DNA of 64,000 bases from a phage. Below are positions 57,854-64,000 of the stretch, piece after piece. A program made the position numbers and the translations under genes. The stretch is from sequence record PZ379075.1, one strand, 5' to 3'. Numbering within the stretch: position 1 is the stretch's first letter; every line of letters starts with the position of its first letter. The notes beneath the pieces are model-generated. The model worked only from the letters and a program-made list of their open reading frames with translations, did no database searches and was not told where the DNA came from.

Positions 57854-60097
57854 TTAGTTTTTACTTCCAAGACGTTTGCCTGGAATCCGTGAATCTTTGA
57901 GAGAAGCTTGTTGCTCTTTCTTAGTTACATTAGCTTCTTTCTTTTGGAGTTCCAAAGTTTTATCCTGAACACGAGCTTGCTGAACAATCTTCTCTTGGTC
58001 TACCTGATGAGACATAACCATCTGCAATTCTTTCAGTACAGATTCATACTGACGGACCTGCTGTTGCATAAGAGCTAACTTGTGCTTAGCTTGTTCCAGA
58101 GTAGCATTGTTATCTTCTTTACGGTTTTCCAGAGTCATTGCATCTGCTGCATTTTCTTGCTTGAATTGCAACTCTTCCTGACGTAGACTTAATTCATCCG
58201 CAGCTTTCTGCTGTTCGAATGTAGTACGTTCACGTTGGTCGAATGCATCAGCAATCATCTTCTGAGAAGAAGCCTGTACGTTCTCAACCTGTGCTTTAGT
58301 CATCTCGAGCTGGAGGATTTCCATCGGAGAAGGTTCTGGAGGCTGATACTGTTCCAGAGGCAGAAGATATTTATGAGTATCTTTAATACCCATCAACTCA
58401 AAGATCTGTGCAGTCATGTAACGGTCTTGCTCCAAACCAAAGAGAGGTGCTAACTGTGCATCTGCTGCAATCAGCTGTTTCAAGCTAATCAGTTTCTGTG
58501 CACGTTCTGCTTTCTCGTTAGGAGAGATAGCTACAACAACTTGAAGATTGTGACGAGCTGGTAATTGTTTTGGATTTACCTGAATCATACCACGAGGGGT
58601 TTGTACCTCGATAGGAACTTCACCATTTTCTCTGATAAGGTTGTAAATACCACGCATCAATTCAACCATACCATTGTGAGCAATGTTACGACATACCATA
58701 CGGAGACGGTTCTGTGCAGCATTCATCATCAAGCCTACGGTTGCATAAGCGTTATCATTCTTAAACACATCAGGGTTGATACCCATGCCTAGTTTGGTTA
58801 CACCTGTACGTGTCTCTTTAAGCTCCTCAGACATGCCTAGGAGGCCGTCAATACCTTGAGGTAGGTTATGGTATGGGAACAGGTCAATAGCGTCCTGACG
58901 TTCCATTTCAACCACTCCACCGGGACGGTTATCAAGCAGAGAGCGACGGTCGTATGCACCAACAAGAGCCTTGTATCGACCATAGTTAGCATTGTTGACG
59001 TTATCAATATAACCACGAACTAACGCGGTACGTAAATCTTGAATATCTTTCGTAATGTCATAGACCGATTGACCATAGAAGGAACCCGGAATCGGATACG
59101 GGCAGAAGGTTACAAACGGAATGTGAGTTACTTCTTCAGTGTGAAGGATATGCTCACCAGCTTGAATAACCTGATAGAGTTTAGACTCTTTATTCTTATC
59201 TAGAACACCAGTACGAATATAGTGCTCATAAACCCAAACCATAGAAGCGATATCTTCGGTATCTGTACCAATATCAGCATCAATATCCTGACGCCAGTCA
59301 GTACGAGACCAAGCAACTGTAGATTGAGTGGTATCCATTGTATCTGTCCAGTCGTTAAATGCTTCAATCTCATCTTTAGGGAATCCCATAGCAACCAGAT
59401 CTTCTTTAGAACGACGTACACGATGACAGAAGTATTGTGCATCTGCAAAAGAGGTAGCATGTTCGTCAACAAAGATTTGCTCTGAAGGAACATATTCAAC
59501 TTTCACACGTTTAACGGTTTGTTCGTAAGTAACTTTAACATCTACTGTACCATCTTCATTTTCTTCAGTGAAGATTTCCAGATTCTTGAGTCCACCAGCT
59601 TCTAATCCCTGAACATATGCAGCCAATGCTTCCGGTGGTACACCTTCAGCTTCTTCAGTTTGAGTAGAAGTTTGTTCATCCCAATAATACTTGATAAAAG
59701 AGTTACGAGTAACCAGACATTCTTGTGCAGCAGAAGAGATAATATTGTATCCCGGATTATCACGCAGAAGAATTTGGTTAACTAATTTAGTTGCTACGTC
59801 AGCAGCATCAGAATCCTGTTGGTTGTCAGCTACGAAAGTAACTGCTTCATCACCAGAACAGAATACGTTAATAATATCTTGCAATGTACCGTTAACAGAT
59901 TCCCAAACAGTACGATCTACCCAACTAGAGCTGCCAGCAGTTACTGGTGCAGGTAAGTTACCATAGAAATATTCCCAAGCTTCACGAGCATAGCCCTTAA
60001 CAGCCATGTCCACGTAGCCTTGAGCATAATTAAAACGACGTTGAAGGTCAACACGTAACTCGTCCAACACCTCTTCACTATATTTTTGCTTAGCCAT
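57854..60097 (-). CDS. portal protein
   Basis: 747 aa immediately downstream of the large terminase; C-terminal coiled-coil-rich tail; GAGGGA RBS. Confidence 0.7.
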   Translation of the reverse strand: MAKQKYSEEVLDELRVDLQRRFNYAQGYVDMAVKGYAREAWEYFYGNLPAPVTAGSSSWVDRTVWESVNGTLQDIINVFCSGDEAVTFVADNQQDSDAADVATKLVNQILLRDNPGYNIISSAAQECLVTRNSFIKYYWDEQTSTQTEEAEGVPPEALAAYVQGLEAGGLKNLEIFTEENEDGTVDVKVTYEQTVKRVKVEYVPSEQIFVDEHATSFADAQYFCHRVRRSKEDLVAMGFPKDEIEAFNDWTDTMDTTQSTVAWSRTDWRQDIDADIGTDTEDIASMVWVYEHYIRTGVLDKNKESKLYQVIQAGEHILHTEEVTHIPFVTFCPYPIPGSFYGQSVYDITKDIQDLRTALVRGYIDNVNNANYGRYKALVGAYDRRSLLDNRPGGVVEMERQDAIDLFPYHNLPQGIDGLLGMSEELKETRTGVTKLGMGINPDVFKNDNAYATVGLMMNAAQNRLRMVCRNIAHNGMVELMRGIYNLIRENGEVPIEVQTPRGMIQVNPKQLPARHNLQVVVAISPNEKAERAQKLISLKQLIAADAQLAPLFGLEQDRYMTAQIFELMGIKDTHKYLLPLEQYQPPEPSPMEILQLEMTKAQVENVQASSQKMIADAFDQRERTTFEQQKAADELSLRQEELQFKQENAADAMTLENRKEDNNATLEQAKHKLALMQQQVRQYESVLKELQMVMSHQVDQEKIVQQARVQDKTLELQKKEANVTKKEQQASLKDSRIPGKRLGSKN

Positions 60098-60120
60098 CGA
60101 TTCTCTCCCTCGGTTGATAG

Positions 60121-60152
60121 CTTAAATAAAAGAAGGGAGGACAAACCTCCCC
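60121..60152 (-). terminator. hairpin plus U-tract between large terminase and portal genes
   Basis: - strand gggagg-uuugu-ccuccc followed by UUCUUUUAUUU. Confidence 0.45.
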
Positions 60153-60158
60153 CTTACT

Positions 60159-61700
60159 TTAGTAACTCTGATTCCATCTGCTTACGTTTGCCTCATACAG
60201 AGAAGCACTTCCGTAGCTAACGTCATGTTTAGAGCGACCACGATGTGTAACAGAGCACGCTGAATAGCGCATTGCATCCATTAAGTCATCATGTTCTTTA
60301 ATAATCTTACCAACCTTACGGTGATATCTAGCTTTCTCTTCGAATAGCTTAGCGTTAGCAGCTGTGTTAAAGATTTTAAAGCGTCCACTCATCATTCTTT
60401 CTCGGATATCTGTGATTCCGGGTTCTACAAAGAAGTTCTTTTTACCATCCATTCCAATTTTGTTGTAGAAGGTCTCACTCTGTACGTTAACTCCTGCATT
60501 CTTATAGAATTGAGCAACAGATGAACCACTACCTTTCTCAGTATTGTCCGCATCATGCGGTAGGATGACAGGAATCCACTGACCACGACCATTAATAGCT
60601 GGAGCATGATACACTGGAGTAAAGCCACCTTCTTTATATGAGTCGTAAACATAGATAGTATCCGTGTTTGCGTCGTAAGCTGTCCAAACAGCAGCAGTTG
60701 GGTGATCAATACCAATATCAATTGCACAGACACGTTTCCACGTATCAGGAATTTCGAATGGTTCACATTTAATTGTGTCATCCGATACATCATAAATCAA
60801 ACCACTTCCTAACAATGGCATACCTTTTGAACGCATCTCTAACTGCCACGCTGGAATACCTTCAGTCATATCTTTTATATCTTGGTCAGTGATGTGTCCA
60901 CCTAGGTCTGCATGAGCATCCCACCAAGAAGCATTCTGGAAATATAGAGAACCTGTGCTCTCATCCCCTTCACCTTTCATAAATTTATCTACCAGTTCAG
61001 TTAAACCGTTCTCTGGTGTAGCTGTAATTGTAACTAGACCTTTAGTTGTGAGTGTACGTGTGACGCACTGTGCGAATATAGCCATAGACTCGTATGGATC
61101 TTCTTCGTCTAACCAAATGTAGTCAACTGTTGCACCCATTAATGTGTGTTCACCCTGTTGGGTTGAACGGAATTCTAATGTACTTAAACCGTCAAACTCT
61201 CCTCTCTCATTTTGATGTTTGATTTGTACGATTTGAAGTTTGTTACCATCTCGTTCTATCGTATCAATGACGATAGCATCACGAGGAATGACACCTGTCC
61301 CTAATAAATTTGTATCCTTTCCGATAGGTGTACCAAACAATTCCTTTTGCAATACTTTCCTTGTGGAATCCCCTGTAATACCAACTGCCCATGCTAAGAT
61401 AGGTCTTTTAAATTTATATCCTGTCCACCAAGTTGGGTAGCGACCTGTGACATGACAAGCAAACTCGTATGCCTCGCTATAAGATTTACCAACACGGTTC
61501 GCTGCACACAAAAATCTAAAGCGATGCTTCAATCCTGCTGCATAAAATTTCTTTTGGAAGTCATACGCCTTGAAAGACAAAATCCTATTATACTTCCTCC
61601 ATTGGTCACGCTCTTTCAACATATTCAATAGTGCTTTCTTTTCGTCTACACTAAGATTGTTACCAGTTAGAGCTTCGTAAATTTGCTTATCTAATGACAT
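60159..61700 (-). CDS. terminase large subunit
   Basis: 513 aa; Walker A-like GKSYSEAYEFACH context in the N-terminal ATPase region and acidic nuclease-type C-terminal half; GGAGG RBS; adjacent to portal. Confidence 0.75.
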   Translation of the reverse strand: MSLDKQIYEALTGNNLSVDEKKALLNMLKERDQWRKYNRILSFKAYDFQKKFYAAGLKHRFRFLCAANRVGKSYSEAYEFACHVTGRYPTWWTGYKFKRPILAWAVGITGDSTRKVLQKELFGTPIGKDTNLLGTGVIPRDAIVIDTIERDGNKLQIVQIKHQNERGEFDGLSTLEFRSTQQGEHTLMGATVDYIWLDEEDPYESMAIFAQCVTRTLTTKGLVTITATPENGLTELVDKFMKGEGDESTGSLYFQNASWWDAHADLGGHITDQDIKDMTEGIPAWQLEMRSKGMPLLGSGLIYDVSDDTIKCEPFEIPDTWKRVCAIDIGIDHPTAAVWTAYDANTDTIYVYDSYKEGGFTPVYHAPAINGRGQWIPVILPHDADNTEKGSGSSVAQFYKNAGVNVQSETFYNKIGMDGKKNFFVEPGITDIRERMMSGRFKIFNTAANAKLFEEKARYHRKVGKIIKEHDDLMDAMRYSACSVTHRGRSKHDVSYGSASLYEANVSRWNQSY

Positions 61701-61710
61701 ACTTCCTCCA

Positions 61711-61740
61711 GTTTAAAAATAGAAAAGGGAAAGTCCCTTC
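61711..61740 (-). promoter_or_regulatory. short hairpin plus U-rich tract between small and large terminase genes
   Basis: - strand aaggga-cuu-ucccuu followed by UUCUAUUUUUAAAC, just upstream of the large-terminase RBS. Confidence 0.3.
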
Positions 61741-61836
61741 GTCAAAGAACCTCCCCTTCTTTCCTTTAATTAACTCTTGAATAAATGAAATCTCCTCTAT
61801 CACTTCTAAGGTTTGTTAGTTTAACGAGAGGATTCC

Positions 61837-62310
61837 TTAAACCTGCTCATCTTGACTATTCGTTTCATTTTCTTCAGAGTCATCTTCTTCTGGAGGCATA
61901 ACGTCGATACCAAGTGCTCCAGTCAAGAAGTCCTTGATTTGTGCATTCAATGATTCTTCGTTAATTACATTCTCTTCCTCAATCTTAACTTCAACAGAGG
62001 CCGCCTTAGGATATACCAGATCTGCAACTTTTGATGCAGCCTTGAATCTAAGATCAGGTGGAATATTAGGATCTTCGTAAATTTGAATTAACACTTCATC
62101 AGGAGACAAATGACTTGCAGCAACACGGTCCAACATTAATTGTGTCAGTTTACCTCTACTACCTCTGGGTCGTCCGAATTTATTTCCCTTTTGAAACTTC
62201 CCATTGCTTGGGTTCATACCACGGCCTTCAAGTTCTTCCGTTACTCCGGGTAATCTTCCTGCAATCTCAGCTACCTGTGCAGGCGTGAGTTCTCCGTTTT
62301 CTCCAAACAT
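61837..62310 (-). CDS. putative terminase small subunit
   Basis: 157 aa directly upstream of the large terminase; basic GRPRGSRGK segment and acidic C-terminus; assignment by position and composition. Confidence 0.45.
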   Translation of the reverse strand: MFGENGELTPAQVAEIAGRLPGVTEELEGRGMNPSNGKFQKGNKFGRPRGSRGKLTQLMLDRVAASHLSPDEVLIQIYEDPNIPPDLRFKAASKVADLVYPKAASVEVKIEEENVINEESLNAQIKDFLTGALGIDVMPPEEDDSEENETNSQDEQV

Positions 62311-62332
62311 TTTATACTCCTTCTACATTATC

Positions 62333-62361
62333 AACAACACAAAAAGCCTCCCAAGGGAGGC
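62333..62361 (-). terminator. intrinsic terminator on the - strand (CUUG loop)
   Basis: - strand gccucc-CUUG-ggaggc followed by UUUUUGUGUUGUUG. Confidence 0.5.
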
Positions 62362-62366
62362 AAACA

Positions 62367-62999
62367 TTACTTACAATTACTGACGGACAGGTTAAACATC
62401 TTACCTAAAGTAACTATCTCACCCTCCCACGGAAGTTCTACACCCTTCTCTTCCTCTAAAAGAATAGAGCCGTCGACCAAAAATTTTTCGTAGTCTCGCA
62501 GTGCGTCGTCTACTAACTCACTCTTGTGAATCCACGTAATTGTTTCTGTACCATCTTCTTCGATTCGAACATCACGATGCCATTCGTCTTTAGAGGTAAT
62601 GTAATCATGGAGCATTTCATATTCAGCTTCTTCAATCATCTCAATCATTGCACGAGCATAGTCAGGGAGGTGATCATGTTTAGTAGATTCGTATTCAACT
62701 ACTTCCAGAGTAGATGGTTGTGTTTTAGTTTTAGAATTAGGGCGAGTAGTATGAATCAAATCTAACATGTTTTTGTTCTCCGTAATATTTGGTTTAAGAA
62801 TACTTCCACTATACAAATCTTGTACAGCCAATCCTGAGATGTTTCCCATAGTTTCTAAATGTTGTAAGCTACAGCCAGAACGACACAGCTGTGAATTGTA
62901 ATCGTTAAGGTCCATTGCTTTAGTGTGGAAAGGAGAACCAGAAGGGAAACTACCTCCATAAACACCTTCCATGTTAACTGCGATTATTTGATTATTCAT
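62367..62999 (-). CDS. hypothetical protein
   Basis: 210-aa ORF. Confidence 0.5.
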   Translation of the reverse strand: MNNQIIAVNMEGVYGGSFPSGSPFHTKAMDLNDYNSQLCRSGCSLQHLETMGNISGLAVQDLYSGSILKPNITENKNMLDLIHTTRPNSKTKTQPSTLEVVEYESTKHDHLPDYARAMIEMIEEAEYEMLHDYITSKDEWHRDVRIEEDGTETITWIHKSELVDDALRDYEKFLVDGSILLEEEKGVELPWEGEIVTLGKMFNLSVSNCK

Positions 63000-63246
63000 C
63001 TGTCTCTCCCTTGCTGTAATCTTTATACGTTTCTACTTTGTAAGTGCGGAATGCTCTGAAGAAGAGCCAACCTAAGCTACTCACATCAATTGTAATATCG
63101 AAATCTGTTTCATCATCTAAATCAACAAGACGCCCTAGGCACGTAGCTTCCATCCCATCTTCAGAGTCACTGTTGATTACGAAAGCATATGTCTCCGTTC
63201 TGAACCGAGGCACTATCTCTGATAAAAAGTCTAATACTAAATTCAT
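62992..63246 (-). CDS. hypothetical acidic protein (first gene of the - strand module)
   Basis: 84 aa; GGAGAAG RBS. Confidence 0.45.
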   Translation of the reverse strand: MNLVLDFLSEIVPRFRTETYAFVINSDSEDGMEATCLGRLVDLDDETDFDITIDVSSLGWLFFRAFRTYKVETYKDYSKGETDE

Positions 63247-64000
63247 AATACTTCTCCTCTGAATAAGAGTATAAAGGGCACATCATAAGACCTACCCGTA
63301 AAGGCCACCCCACATTAACACCCGTGAGAGTACCTGTATTCATTTTCGTAGTCTTCTTCAGAGAAGCTACCGTATTCATCTTCTGTCATACATCCCTCTG
63401 ATAAAGTTAAGACATAAAGGGGACTTCACATTAAGGCACTATCATGTTAAGGCCATGTCATTAGTCATACTTGATACATCTTGCTATAGAGAAGCAGATG
63501 AATAAACAGAAGACTATTACTAACCAGAATACCCATTCCATCAAGGCCTATCCACCCACGTACTGAATCTCAACTTACCACATCCCTTACACTTCCATGT
63601 TGATAGGTACAAACCATGTATTCTTTCATCCCCGTAAGCTTTACGAAGAAGATAGTAATTGTGCTTACACTTCATCCGTCTAAATACTTTAATTAGATTC
63701 ATTCCATCTCCACATACTTATATATAAGAGTTTAAAATTCTGATTTGACCGAGTGGGGCTAGCCGCTCGCCGCGCGTTTCCTAAAAAGGGGGAGTCCTCA
63801 TTTAAAAAAGGGTTATTGGCAATGCCTTTACACCTCCTTCCACGTTCCAGCGTTTCCCCGTGCCTACTCCCCGTTATTCTTCCCCGTGAAGCGGCGCACG
63901 AAAACGCGAAAGCGTTTCACGATAAATGCGAAAACTAGGGAAACACGATAGAATCCGAAGGTTAAACACCCAAATTGCAACTGAACGAAGCAGCCAAGAA

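Noticed and set aside
63167-63379. 70-aa - strand ORF
   Set aside because: Overlaps the better-supported 62992-63246 ORF in another frame, has no RBS and an implausible composition.

Overview
The window reads as a near-complete genome of a lytic tailed dsDNA bacteriophage, organised as two convergent modules. The + strand (about 600-33,470) carries early, replication and nucleotide-metabolism genes: a T7-type primase-helicase, a family A DNA polymerase whose 3'-5' exonuclease is a separate ORF about 8.5 kb upstream, a FEN-type 5'-3' exonuclease, a likely SSB, ThyX, thioredoxin, dCTP deaminase, Dps, PhoH, a CCA-adding-type nucleotidyltransferase, an ECF-like sigma factor, a macro-domain protein, a SLOG/DUF2493-like protein and an overlapped Rz/Rz1 spanin pair. 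The - strand (63,246 down to 33,663) carries the packaging and virion module: small and large terminase, portal, scaffold, major capsid, an Ig-like protein, tail fibers, a GH24 lysozyme, a transglycosylase, Q/N-rich paralogs and a 1298-aa protein. The two modules meet at a bidirectional terminator (33,628-33,660). I saw no integrase, repressor, CRISPR array, rRNA or phage RNA polymerase. The most interesting content is (i) a cluster at 3.3-12.9 kb combining a class II glutamine amidotransferase-like protein that appears to start on AUU, an ATP-grasp ligase broken by a frameshift at a C5 run, a gamma-glutamyl cyclotransferase-like protein and two paralogous amidoligase-like proteins; (ii) an adjacent macro-domain and SLOG gene pair next to the sigma factor; (iii) three tandem arrays of small paralogous genes; and (iv) a 146-nt tRNA-like element. 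All protein assignments are from motifs read by eye; no database search was run.
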